A DNA stretch of 64,000 nucleotides, from contig CAVVYZ010000022.1 of NCBI GenBank assembly GCA_963752595.1, positions 32,001 through 96,000 on the forward strand, written 5' to 3'. Within the stretch, counting starts at the first letter, position 1; each line of letters starts with the position of its first letter. The position numbers and the translations under genes are program-made. The notes beneath the pieces are model-generated. The model had not been told where the DNA came from. It did not search any database and saw nothing but the letters and a program-made list of their open reading frames with translations. Shown piece after piece: positions 11,330 to 23,654 of the stretch. This stretch comes from an uncultured delta proteobacterium (GTDB taxonomy: Bacteria > Desulfobacterota > Desulfomonilia > UBA1062).

Positions 11330-13663
11330 CTATTCCATGGGTTTATTTTCCATGAGCTCCCAGATCCCGCACGGGCATGCGCCTGCACAGAATCCGCAGC
11401 CTATGCACAGATCTTCGTCAGCCATGTATTCATAGTCACCTTGCTGAAGGTCCCTCCGTGAAATAGCCTGCTGCGGGCAGAGGGCTTCGCATACACCGCA
11501 GTCTCTGCATCCGCCGCAGGAGGCGCACTGCGTAGCGCACCGGCCTATGTCGGAACCGGCCTGTACACGCGGATCATAGTACTCCATTTTTACCCTGCCG
11601 GTGTCGATGGAAGGCAGCCGGTCATAGGTATCGTCGGTTCCGGACAGGCGTGCATCAATCGCCTTGGCAGCCTTTCTGCCCGCCCCGATCGCATCGGTGA
11701 GCAACCCGGGTTTCACGGTATCGCCGATGGCAAATACCCCGGCATCGGTTGTCCGGAAAGAATCATCTACCACGATGAATCCTTTCCTGCTGTCGATGCC
11801 TTCCGGCAGGAAAGAAATGTCCGGCTGATCGCCGAGGGCGAAGACGACCATGTCTGCCTTCAGGACTCTTCCGTCGGCAAGCGCGACCCCTTTTGCGGTG
11901 ATTGCCCTGGTGAATACCGGCCAGAGGAATTTCGAGCCTGCCTTCTCGGCCTCCTGGCGTTCCTTGCCGAACGATGCAGGCTCCTGGATATCGATGAGGG
12001 TGATGTCATGAGCCCCCAGGCGATGCGCCTCGGTGGCCACATCGCATCCGACGTTGCCTGCTCCGATAATCACAAGGCGCTTCCCTGCCTGGATACTGTC
12101 TGTCTTCGAACGGTGAAGGAATTCCAGAGCGGTAAGGGCCCGTTCATACCCCTTGATCTTCAATGTCCGGGGCATCTGTGCTCCGGTTGCGATGACCGTG
12201 TAATCATGACTGTCTCGGATTTCGAGGAATTTCTCCCTGTCCAGGTCGCGTTCGAACTTCCGGTACGGGATCTTGGCCGAGATCCTCTCCAGTTCCTGCT
12301 CGTAGAGATCTCTGGGAAAGCGGTTGTGGGGGATGGCAGAGGTTATCTTGCCTCCGAGCGAATCCGCCCTGTCAAAAATGACCGGCTCGTGGCCGTCCAT
12401 CCACAACTGCCAGGCAACGGATAAGCCGGCCGGCCCTCCGCCGATTATGGCGATTTTTTTCCCGGTCGGCCGGTGGGCTTCCGGTTCATGGACATTGCTG
12501 CTCGCTTTTCCGAGCACGGTCACATCGATCGCAGGCAGGAAATGCTTTGTTTTCGTGCAGCCGTCCATGCACAGATTCGGGCAGAGGTACCCGCACACGG
12601 TCGCAGGGAACGGCGTGTATCGGAGGGCAAGGTCCAGCGCCTCATCCATCCGGCCTTTCCGGATAAGCTCCCACCTTTTCTGCACCGGGATGCCGGTCGG
12701 GCAGTTTTCCTGGCAGGGCGGAATATACTTGTGGTTCTCCCAGGAGGGTACGAATCTGCGCAGAGTGCCCGTAGCGATGAGAGGGATCGGGCTGCGGTCT
12801 ACATCGGACAGGTCTCCGATCAAACCGCCCTTCCCCAGTTCCTGATCCCACACCTGGGAACGGAACTGTGACATCGCCATGCGCTTTTTCCCGGCCTTCT
12901 CGTGCGGCTGCAGCGCAACGAGAAGCTGCCACTCGGACCGGTCCCTGGTAAGTTCCTCAAAAAGCTCTTTATAGTGGATGGCCTTGAGGAAGTCCTTCAT
13001 GTTCGTGGTGAGCCATTCCCAGTCGGCATCAGAGATTTGTACGAGCTTGGCATCCCCCTGGCTGTACCCCTTGTGCGGCCCTTTGAAAAAGATCTTGCCT
13101 CCGACCATTCCGACGCAGGGCCTGTGGCCGAGGATATTGTCCCGGTAGTGGGAATCGACACCGCAGATTACCGCAACGCCTCCCGCCATGAACTCTGCGA
13201 AGGAATCGCCCACGCCGCCTAAAACCCACAGTTCGGGCGGGGTATAATGTGGATTGCTCTTCGTCATGGTCATGCCGCGGGCTCCGATGTCTCCTGCTAT
13301 GCAGACCTTGCCCTGGGCCATGGCGTTGGCAACGCCGTTTGTGGCATCGCCGTGGATAACGATGGTGGCACCTGCATTGAGCCACCCCACATCATCCGAA
13401 GCCGGTCCGTGCACTTCGATATAGGTCGTGGGCAAGCCCATGGAACCGACCCGCTGGCCGCTGTACCCGTAAATGTCGATCAGCGCAGTCTCGGAATCCG
13501 TTTTCCAGAGTCTTCCGCCGATACCGTGCTGGCCGAAGGCCTGTACCCCGATATTCCGGTAACCCTTTTCCACAGCCTCCTGGATTCGCTCCTCCAGGAC
13601 TCTGGATTCGATCCTGATATCGTTCTCTACACCCGAGATGATGATCTTTTCTTGCCGGCTCAT
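11330..13663 (-). CDS. Glutamate synthase subunit: GXGXG (GltB domain 3) fused to a GltD-like FAD/NAD(P)H oxidoreductase and C-terminal ferredoxin domain
   Basis: GQHGIGG, AEFMAGG, CVGMVGG; PCQENCP...VCGYLCP; IIGGGPAG; IGAGNVGCD; CxxCxxCxxxCP motifs at the C-terminus. Confidence 0.88.
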   Translation of the reverse strand: MSRQEKIIISGVENDIRIESRVLEERIQEAVEKGYRNIGVQAFGQHGIGGRLWKTDSETALIDIYGYSGQRVGSMGLPTTYIEVHGPASDDVGWLNAGATIVIHGDATNGVANAMAQGKVCIAGDIGARGMTMTKSNPHYTPPELWVLGGVGDSFAEFMAGGVAVICGVDSHYRDNILGHRPCVGMVGGKIFFKGPHKGYSQGDAKLVQISDADWEWLTTNMKDFLKAIHYKELFEELTRDRSEWQLLVALQPHEKAGKKRMAMSQFRSQVWDQELGKGGLIGDLSDVDRSPIPLIATGTLRRFVPSWENHKYIPPCQENCPTGIPVQKRWELIRKGRMDEALDLALRYTPFPATVCGYLCPNLCMDGCTKTKHFLPAIDVTVLGKASSNVHEPEAHRPTGKKIAIIGGGPAGLSVAWQLWMDGHEPVIFDRADSLGGKITSAIPHNRFPRDLYEQELERISAKIPYRKFERDLDREKFLEIRDSHDYTVIATGAQMPRTLKIKGYERALTALEFLHRSKTDSIQAGKRLVIIGAGNVGCDVATEAHRLGAHDITLIDIQEPASFGKERQEAEKAGSKFLWPVFTRAITAKGVALADGRVLKADMVVFALGDQPDISFLPEGIDSRKGFIVVDDSFRTTDAGVFAIGDTVKPGLLTDAIGAGRKAAKAIDARLSGTDDTYDRLPSIDTGRVKMEYYDPRVQAGSDIGRCATQCASCGGCRDCGVCEALCPQQAISRRDLQQGDYEYMADEDLCIGCGFCAGACPCGIWELMENKPME

Positions 13664-13672
13664 GTGTGCTCC

Positions 13673-15310
13673 CTAAACAACGTGTTTGATCTTGAGTCGC
13701 TCCGCAGTATGGTAGTCATCGATGCCGATGGCATCGGACATGCCGATGGGGAGCGAAGTGGATCTCCCAAGAGGTGCGAGGATCTTCTTGAGTTCGGAAT
13801 CAAAGCTCAGGAATACATCCACCACCCTCTGGGCAACGTCTTCCGGATCGAGGCGGCGGTAGAGCCTCGGGTCCTGGGAGGTTATGCCTTTCGGGCACAG
13901 GCCGATGTTGCAGATATTGCACCGGTCATTCTCCGAGCCGACGCACCCTGCAGCGGCCTGCATCATATATTTGCCGACCTGTACGCCGCTCGCACCGAGC
14001 ATGATCAACGCAGCAGCGTTGGCAGCGAGGTTTCCGTTTTTCCCGATACCGCCGCCTGCGAAAATGGGGATCTCGTTCTGTTTTCCGATCTTCACGAGAT
14101 TGAGGTATGCATCGCGTATATTGCTGGCTATGGGATGGCCCATGTGATTCATGGAGACGTTGTAGGCAGCGCCTGTTCCGCCGTCCTCGCCGTCTATGGC
14201 GAGCGCTGCGGCATACGGGTTGCGGGCAAGGTTATTGAGGACTGCCAATGAAGTCGTGGTCGCGGATATCTTGGGATACACAGGCACCCGGAAGCCCCAG
14301 GCCATGTACATGGACTGGATCATCTTGGCCACGGATTCCTCGATGGAATACTTGGTCTGGTGAGTCGGGGGCGAAGGCAGGCTCACCCTCGGGGGAACTC
14401 CCCGGATGGCGGCGATGAGCTTGTTGACCTTGTGCCACATGAGCAGTCCGCCGTCACCGGGTTTTGCGCCCTGGCCGTACTTGACCTCGATTGCACAGGG
14501 GTCTTCCTTCATCTCGGGCAGGGCATGGATGATCTCGTCCCAGCCGAAATACCCGCTCGCTATCTGGAGGATGACGTACTTGATGAAGCGCGACTCAGAA
14601 GCCTCGGCGGGCAGCCTCCTTCGCCGGTGCACATCCTGACGGGCATGCCGAGTTCTTCATTCAGGTACGCAACGCCCATCTGGAGCCCTTCCCACATGTT
14701 GGGCGAGAGGGCGCCGAAGGACATGCCGCCGATGATCAGCGGGTAGATCTCCCGTACCGGCGGTATCCAGCCTTTCTTTGATGAAGACTTGATCATTCTT
14801 CGGGGGGCAGGATCCTGCCCAGAAGGGTCCTCAGCTCGAACTCGTGCCTGCCTGCATCCAGCGCAGGGTCCGTGAGCATGGAGATCCGGACGAACTTGAT
14901 GCGGTCGAGCAGGCTTCGCAGAGTCGTTCCTCCGGCCGCCCCTGCGTCTCGGCTCGCCGTTCGCATTGATATGAAACCTGAGCTTGTCGATCTCCTCGTT
15001 GCGGACAGGGTAGATGGCGCTAGTTGGGGCAGACCAGCGTGCACATGCCGCACCCGATGCATGCATGGCCGGGTCGGTGACCTGACTGATCCCGTGATAG
15101 ACGCCATATACATTCCTGGGCTTTCCGGTCAGGCCCACGGACGTTGGGTATCTCGCTCTTCCGGTGCACACCCAGCTCGATTGCCTGCAGCGGGCACACG
15201 GCCGTGCAGTGTCCCGCACAGCGTGCACTTTTCCTTATCCCAGAGGATACTGCCACAGGAGATCCTTGCGTGCTTAGTGTGGATGGGTGCAGGGTTCCCA
15301 TTGGTTCCAT
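13673..15310 (-). CDS. Glutamate synthase FMN-binding subunit with N-terminal ferredoxin domain (GltB domain 2); several frameshifts
   Basis: CARCAGHCTAVCP, CIGCGMCTLVCP, GGMSFGALS, CTGEGG, QIASGYFG, EVKYGQGAKPGDGG, DGEDGGTGAA, CNICNIGLCPKGITSQ. Confidence 0.88.
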
Positions 15311-15320
15311 CTCTTGACCT

Positions 15321-16406
15321 CTATCTCGTGCATGCATCTACAAATGCGATGTCGTACTTCATTGGCTGAAATTCGTAGTTCTTTTGTCCGGTCGGGGATG
15401 GCCTCTTCAAGCCCGCACATCTCGGAAGAAAAGGCGAATACTGCCCGGCTTCCGCCCACCACACCCGGCCTGAGCTTCTTGCTGTCATGGACCATGAAGA
15501 GGGTTTTGTCGGGCAGGCAGCCGATGACGCAATTCGGCCCGTCAATGGTGAGGAACCTGCAGCTGTGCTTGAGCTGGCGCAGGAATGGCCTGTCCGGATG
15601 CCTTAGAGCTCCTCGTCTTTGAGCGGCGTAATGATATGCTTATATGCATCCAGCCCCAGTCCCAGGCTGTTATGGTGTAGTGCAGGATGTGGGTGAATAC
15701 CTCGGAATCCGATTGATAGCCCATATATCCCGGGATAACCCCTGGAGGTGAGATATTCCCGTATGGGCATGAACGCGGTATTCTCTCCGTTGGTCATGGT
15801 GGCAAGCCCTGGAGGAAGAACGGATGGCAGGCATACAGGGTGATGGCGTAGTTCGTGTTCTGCCTCCCCTGGGCCATGATGATCCGTGCCTTGAGACCTT
15901 TGCGGTCAAGGCCGAGGTACTCGGCGATCTCCATGGGGTCCCCCACTTCCTTGATCATGATGATGTCGGGCCAGAAGGAGAAGACCATCATGGAGCCGTC
16001 TTCTTCACCCAAGCTTCTCAGGTCGATCCTGATCTGCATGAGCCTTCTGTGATCTCTGCCTCGCTGAAAGCCCGTCCCAATCGTAGGGATATTCATATAC
16101 CCGGATGAGGTATACGTCCCTTTCGGGTGTGCCCGCCGGCGGTTCCGTGGAAGGGCGGATGGAGAATTTGAATTTGGTGAGCAGTCCGAGCTCCATCATA
16201 TAGCGGTCGAGCTTCTTGATCCCTTCCTGGGAAAAGATCCCGGAGAGGATGGGCGAGCCTTTGAACGGCTCCAGATCTCCGCCCAGATCGGTCATGAAGA
16301 TGCCGACGCCTGAGCCGTCATGGCCTTCTTTCATGACGTCCAGTGCCCGCATTGCCACCATGGGAGAAATGGGTTCTTCACTGGTTATGGCAAACAATCG
16401 GCACAC
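15321..16406 (-). CDS. Class II glutamine amidotransferase subunit of glutamate synthase (GltB domain 1); several frameshifts
   Basis: N-terminal MCRLFAI, EGHDGSGVG, AQGRQNTN, CHPFF, TNGENT, SDSEVF, LRPGVVG spread across frames. Confidence 0.85.
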
Positions 16407-16451
16407 GGTTTCATATCTCCTCCTTGCTGTCTATCTTGTATCCGTATCTGG

Positions 16452-16468
16452 TGCGAGAATCCATGCCA
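16452..16468 (-). promoter_or_regulatory. Near-consensus sigma54 promoter for the glutamate synthase operon (TGGCATGGATTCTCGCA; spacer one base too long)
   Basis: GG-N11-GC instead of N10 in an indel-rich region; IHF-like AATCATTGAGTTG near 16520 and palindrome AACAATATTGTT at 16648-16659 upstream. Confidence 0.45.
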
Positions 16469-16703
16469 CCCGGCGTGATTGCCGTGCGTCTTTTACAGAC
16501 ACTACGATATAGATTTGGTCAACTCAATGATTTCAGGGATATATATAGTAAACGGTCGAATCAATCGATCTGTCAGATTATTTGTCGCATTAATCATCTA
16601 GTACTCATATGCTCCATTTTTTAATATTGTTAATAGCCCCTATATTGAACAATATTGTTATACAACCTCTCATTCATATGACTGCTCGCTGCGTATGCGG
16701 GAA

Positions 16704-18225
16704 TCAGGACGACTTCTTATTTTTAAACCTCTTGACCTCGATCCCATATTTCTCCACTTTATATTGAATGATGCGCTTTGTGGTTCCCAGCATCCGCGCA
16801 GCCTGAGCTCTGGTTACCCTGGCATCCTTCAGCGCATCGATGATCAGGGAACGCTCATAGGAATTTACCAGGCTGGTACAGCTTGCCCTGCTGTTTCTTG
16901 TCTCGAGGGGTAACGACCTTCATCTGGAGGGAGGGAGGAAGATGGATGCTGTCAATGGTATCGCCGTTTGCGAGAGCACTGCCCGCTCGATGCAGTTTTC
17001 CAGCTCGCGCACATTGCCCGGCCAGTGATATGCCAGCAGGAGATCGATGGCCGGAGTGGAGATCCGCTTGATGTTCTTCTTGAACTGCTTCGTGTATTTT
17101 TCCACGAAAGTAATCGGCGAGAAGGATGATGTCGCCTCCCCGCTCCCTGAGGGCGGCATGTAGATAGGGAACACATTGAGCCGGTAATAGAGATCGGCCC
17201 GGAATTTGCCGGCTGCCACATCCTGGTCCAGGTTGCGGTTCGTGGCCGCGATGATGCGGACATTCACCTTGACGATCCCTGGTGCCCAAAGGCTGGAACT
17301 GCCTTTCCTGGATGACCCGCAGGAGCTTGGCCTGTGCCAGCGGCGAGAGCTCGCCCACCTCGTCGAGAAAGATCGTGCCTCCATTGGCCTCTTCGAACCG
17401 CCCGCTTCGTCTTCTGGTGGCCCCGGTAAAGGCGCCCTTCTCATGCCCGAACAGCTCGCTTTCGATCAGGGTGTCGGGCATGGCTGCACAGTTGACCTCG
17501 ATAAAGGGCCGTTCGGCTCTCGGGGGCTGTTCTGGTGAATGGTCTCGCCACGAGCTCTTTGCCGGTCCCTGTCTCTCCATGGATCAGCGCCGTGGTATTG
17601 GAGTCGGCTACCTGAGAGATCAGCCCGAAGATCTCTTTCATGCTCTTGGAATTGCCGATGATCTCAGCCGATGGCCTCTGGGTCCGGCCAGAATGTTCCT
17701 CAGCTTCCGGTTTTCTTCTTCAACGGCCCGCATGTGGACGCCTTTGCGATAAGCCTGCCACTGCCGAGAGGAACTGGATCTCATAATCCTGATTATCCAC
17801 TTCGTGTGCGACCTTGTCTGCCGAGAGAACACCTACAACCTTTCCGTCATATACAATGGGGACGCAGAGAAACGCAAGCTCGGAACGATCAAGGTATTTC
17901 CTTGCACCGGTGCTGTCGAGAAAATGCTCTTCGCCCCGATGTTTGCAATGACCATGGGTTTCCCTGTCTGGGCCACCTGGCCGGTAATACCCTCGCCCGG
18001 CTTATAGGTGATATCCAATCCGTCTATGTCCACTCCGCAAGCCAGATCAAGGATGGCCTCCCCCGTATCTCTATCGAGGATGGAGATCATCCCGCGATTC
18101 ATCCCGGACTGTTCGCTCATCGTACTGAGGACCTTCTCGAGCTGCTCCCTTAGGTCGAGCGGTGATGCAATGATCTGAGCCAGGCCGTGAAGGACTTCGA
18201 GATCGTCATATGAAAATGAATTCAT
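16704..18225 (-). CDS. GAF-AAA+-Fis HTH sigma54-dependent activator (NifA-like architecture); several frameshifts
   Basis: GAF ([15 protein letters not shown]), [62 protein letters not shown] ([15 protein letters not shown]) ending in TGA at 16704. Confidence 0.9.
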
Positions 18226-18631
18226 AGCTGCCTTCCTTTAAAAAAGTGTCGGTTTCTTCCTTCACTGCATCCCCACTGCCGCCCATTAATCTTTCGAGAG
18301 GAAGCGACTGTAAACGATGCATGAGCTCTATACGCCATTTTCAACAAAAATGTATCTATCATATTTATACCATATATCAGAAACTGATTAAAAATATAAA
18401 GAAATCTTCTTCGTTCAAAACGATGATCCTGAGAATGGGATATCTTTCCAGTTTTGCCTGCAGGCCTACCCATAAAATATGGACTATCTAATGTACCAAT
18501 ACGTATCCTACAAGGGAACATAAAACACAAAAGAACCATAAAGTATAGATTAAACATAAATGAACTTAACTAATCAAGGTAAATGATATATTTACAATCA
18601 AATAACAACTAGTTACATAGTTTATAAGAAG

Positions 18632-18647
18632 TGGCATTTCCTTTGCT
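18632..18647 (+). promoter_or_regulatory. Sigma54 -24/-12 promoter of the amtB operon
   Basis: TGGCATTTCCTTTGCT = GG-N10-GC, 35 nt upstream of amtB ATG; IHF-like TAACAACTAGTTA at 18603-18615. Confidence 0.85.
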
Positions 18648-18682
18648 CTCCCCCCTCCATACATCTTAAAAGGAGAATCCAT

Positions 18683-20258
<1,576 letters not shown>

Positions 20259-20267
20259 GGCATCGGT

Positions 20268-22847
20268 ATGAGAGGTATGCTTACTGTGGAAAATGATGAC
20301 GACATAACATCAGGAGGCTTCCATCTTGCCCGGGAGCTTACTTCCCGGGCGGATGAGACCATTGCCTCACTGTTCAACGGATGCTCCCTGAAGCTCCTTG
20401 ACCATTGGTGTGTAGCCGCTCTCGGAGGATACGGCAGGCAGGAGCTGTGCCCCTTCTCGGATCTGGACATCCTTTTCCTCATCGAAAAGAAGCTCCCGCA
20501 GGCCCAGATAGAATCGGCCCTGAAAGAGATGCTCTATCCCCTGTGGGATACCGGAACCAATGCGAGCTACAGTGTCCGGACCATCAAGCAGGCGGTACAG
20601 GATGCCCGGAACGACTTTTTTTTCAGGACTTCGCTCATCGATGCCCGATATGTATGCGGTTCGAAGAGGATATTTGAGGGATTTTCTCAAGGCATAAGCT
20701 CCAGCAGATTTATCCTGAACACCAACCGGTTCGTTTCAGACCTCATCTTCCATACCCGCAAGCGGCATGAAAAATATGGAGATTCGGTATATTTCCTTGA
20801 ACCCCACATCAAGGACGGCCATGGAGGGTTACGGGATTATCAGAGCATCCTCTGGCTGATCAAGGTATTCAGCAGAACTTATGCCGTTCATGAGCCTCTC
20901 GTCGGTGCATACGATCTCGACGGGCTCAGCCGTTCTGCCGACCTCATGATAAAGACCAGGTTCCTGCTCCATACATGTACATGGAGAAAGACCGATCGGA
21001 TGCACCTCGAGTACCAGGAGATGCTGGCGCATGAGCTGGGATACAGGTCAGTACCTGATCACCCTGCAGTTGAAGCGTTTCTGAGGGACTTTCATACCGG
21101 GGCGCTCACCATTCGTTCGGTATTCGACGGACTGCTCCAGTTTCTGGAACAACCAAACGGCTTTGTTTCCATCCTTTCCCGAAGAAAAAAAGACGAACAC
21201 GGACACCTGCCGTCAGGGCATCTTCCCTTTTTCCGGCCGGAAGATTTTCAGAAAGACCCGAGCCTTATCCTCAAGGCCTTTGTACGGGCGGCCGGCAAAG
21301 GGCTTTCTCTTACTCCCCTTGTGCGGTCACAGATCAAATCCTTCCTCAAAACCGATACGGCACTGAAGAAGAACCCGGAGACATGCAGTATTTTCTTACA
21401 CATGCTCCAACATCCGGAAGCTGAAAAAACCCTGACCGGCATGCTTGAGACAGGGGTCATCGAAGGGTTTATCCCTGAGTTCCGGAAAATAAGGGGAAAG
21501 ACTATCTTTGATGTCTATCATACCTATACCATCGATCTTCACAGCATCCATACGGTATGCGAATTGAAAAAACTGGAAAACGTCGAGTCGGAAGCATGGG
21601 GCCGGGTCATTGACAGAGATGTTCTGTTTTTCAGCTCCTTTCTCCATGATATCGGCAAAGGCTACGGCAGGCCGCATGCCCTCCTGGGGTCAGAGGCCAT
21701 AGAGCCCATAGCCGTACGCTTCGGTTTTGACAAGGCCCGCAGAGAATCGATCGCCTTTCTCATCAGGAACCACCTGATCATGGCCGAGATTGCATCCAGA
21801 CGCGACCTTTCAGAGGAAAAGGTGATCAATGACCTTGCACAGAAAGTCGGGAGTGCTTCAAGGCTTTCCATGCTCTACCTGCTCACCATCGCGGACTCCA
21901 GAGCAACAGGTCCCGATGCCTGGAATGATTGGAAGGCATCGCTCTTGTGGGAACTCTATTTAAGGACGCTCAACATCCTCGAAAAAGGTATTCTGAAAAA
22001 CCGTAAGAACGCCATGAGACTGGAGGAGAAATGGCACAAGCTGGTCAGTCTTGCAGATACCGGGGAGGGTGCTCTCTTCAAGGGCCGTCTCTGGGCTCTC
22101 CCCCAGGCATATGTCCATATCTCTGATCTCGATGATATCAGAAAACACCTCTGCCTGAGCTCAGAGCTTGAAGGAAAGGACGATATAAAGGTGGAGATCG
22201 TCCATCGGAAAAACCATGTCATCCTCACCGTCATCACCCGTGACAGGCCGGGGCTTTTCTCCCTCCTCACCGGCATCCTGTCCGTTCACAGGATCGAGAT
22301 CATCTCTGCAAAGATATTTACCTGGTACGACGGCACGGTTGTCGATACATTCAAAGTCCTGGCGCCATGGCAGGATTATACGGAGTGGCATACAATCAGC
22401 AGCCGGTTCAGAGAGTACCTGTCGGGCAAAGTCGATATCGAATCCAGGCTCGTGAGTACAAAGGCCCTGAAGACGGACGATCCAGAACCTGTTCAATCCG
22501 CGGAAGGGGTTATGCTTGCTGTGGACAACGACACCTCGGACTTCTTCACCATCATCGATGTAAGGGCGATTAAGAGGATCGGCCTCATTCATGATATATC
22601 CCGGGTCATAAGCTCTTCAGGCCTCGCTATCCACCGGGCCTTCCTTTCACGGAATTCCGATCTTTTTTCATCGGTATTCTATGTCGTGGATGCAGGAGGG
22701 GAAAAGATGAGCGGCGAAGCCCGGATTCAGGAAGTGCTCAAAAGTATTCGAGAGGCTGTGGAAACACCCCGATTACCTGCTTCACCGCAAAAGGAAAACA
22801 GGGTATACAGCAGGGAGAATAAGAAGATGCGTGTCCCGGGAGATTGA
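20268..22847 (+). CDS. glnD: [Protein-PII] uridylyltransferase / uridylyl-removing enzyme
   Basis: ALGGYGRQELCPFSDLDIL, LEPHIKDGHGGLRD, YHTYTIDLH, LHDIGKG (HD), two ACT domains (DRPGL). Confidence 0.93.
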   Translation: MRGMLTVENDDDITSGGFHLARELTSRADETIASLFNGCSLKLLDHWCVAALGGYGRQELCPFSDLDILFLIEKKLPQAQIESALKEMLYPLWDTGTNASYSVRTIKQAVQDARNDFFFRTSLIDARYVCGSKRIFEGFSQGISSSRFILNTNRFVSDLIFHTRKRHEKYGDSVYFLEPHIKDGHGGLRDYQSILWLIKVFSRTYAVHEPLVGAYDLDGLSRSADLMIKTRFLLHTCTWRKTDRMHLEYQEMLAHELGYRSVPDHPAVEAFLRDFHTGALTIRSVFDGLLQFLEQPNGFVSILSRRKKDEHGHLPSGHLPFFRPEDFQKDPSLILKAFVRAAGKGLSLTPLVRSQIKSFLKTDTALKKNPETCSIFLHMLQHPEAEKTLTGMLETGVIEGFIPEFRKIRGKTIFDVYHTYTIDLHSIHTVCELKKLENVESEAWGRVIDRDVLFFSSFLHDIGKGYGRPHALLGSEAIEPIAVRFGFDKARRESIAFLIRNHLIMAEIASRRDLSEEKVINDLAQKVGSASRLSMLYLLTIADSRATGPDAWNDWKASLLWELYLRTLNILEKGILKNRKNAMRLEEKWHKLVSLADTGEGALFKGRLWALPQAYVHISDLDDIRKHLCLSSELEGKDDIKVEIVHRKNHVILTVITRDRPGLFSLLTGILSVHRIEIISAKIFTWYDGTVVDTFKVLAPWQDYTEWHTISSRFREYLSGKVDIESRLVSTKALKTDDPEPVQSAEGVMLAVDNDTSDFFTIIDVRAIKRIGLIHDISRVISSSGLAIHRAFLSRNSDLFSSVFYVVDAGGEKMSGEARIQEVLKSIREAVETPRLPASPQKENRVYSRENKKMRVPGD

Positions 22848-22850
22848 GCG

Positions 22851-23630
22851 ATGTTGAGCAAAAGGATCATCGTATGCCTCGATGTTCGAGGCGGCAAGAC
22901 AACAAAGGGTATCAAGTTCGAAGGGAACGTGGATATCGGCGATCCGGTAGCCATGGCCAGAGAATATTACGAGCAAGGGGTCGATGAGCTCGTTTTCTAC
23001 GACATCACGGCTTCCCATGAAAAAAGGGACATCATGATCGATGTGGTGGATAAAGTGGCCAGGGAGATATTCATCCCCTTTTCCGTGGGCGGCGGAATCC
23101 GGACTATCGATGATATGTACCGCACACTCGACGCCGGGGCTGAAAAGATCAGCGTCAACTCGGCTGCAGTACTCGATCCCGATATCATTTCAGAGGGCGC
23201 GAAGTATTTCGGCAGCCAGTGTATCGTGCTCGGCATGGATGCAAAGAAAGTGGAGAAATCACCATCCATTCCCTCAGGATATGAAGTGGCCATCAACGGC
23301 GGCAGGACCTCAATGGCTATCGATGCCCTCCAATGGGCAAAAAAGGCCGAAGACTTAGGTGCAGGAGAAATCTGCCTCAACTCTATCGATGCCGATGGGA
23401 CAAACCAAGGGTATGAGCTTAGTGTTACGGGAATGATCTCCCGTGCAGTAAACATACCGGTGATCGCTTCAGGCGGTGCAGGGAAACCGGAACATCTTCG
23501 GGATGTCTTTCTCAAAGCAGATGCGGATGCGGCCCTGATCGCCTCCATGGTCCACTACGGCTGGTATACCATCCCGCAGATCAAGTCCGTTCTCACGGAA
23601 GCAGGTGTCCCGGTTCGGGATGTGATCTGA
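22851..23630 (+). CDS. hisF: Imidazole glycerol phosphate synthase cyclase subunit
   Basis: [61 protein letters not shown]. Confidence 0.95.
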   Translation: MLSKRIIVCLDVRGGKTTKGIKFEGNVDIGDPVAMAREYYEQGVDELVFYDITASHEKRDIMIDVVDKVAREIFIPFSVGGGIRTIDDMYRTLDAGAEKISVNSAAVLDPDIISEGAKYFGSQCIVLGMDAKKVEKSPSIPSGYEVAINGGRTSMAIDALQWAKKAEDLGAGEICLNSIDADGTNQGYELSVTGMISRAVNIPVIASGGAGKPEHLRDVFLKADADAALIASMVHYGWYTIPQIKSVLTEAGVPVRDVI

Positions 23631-23654
23631 AACAGGTTCATGAGCCCGGTATTC

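Noticed and set aside
16704-18225. True nifA and nitrogen fixation
   Set aside because: Architecture is NifA-like but there are no nif genes here and I found no convincing TGT-N10-ACA sites at the promoters.
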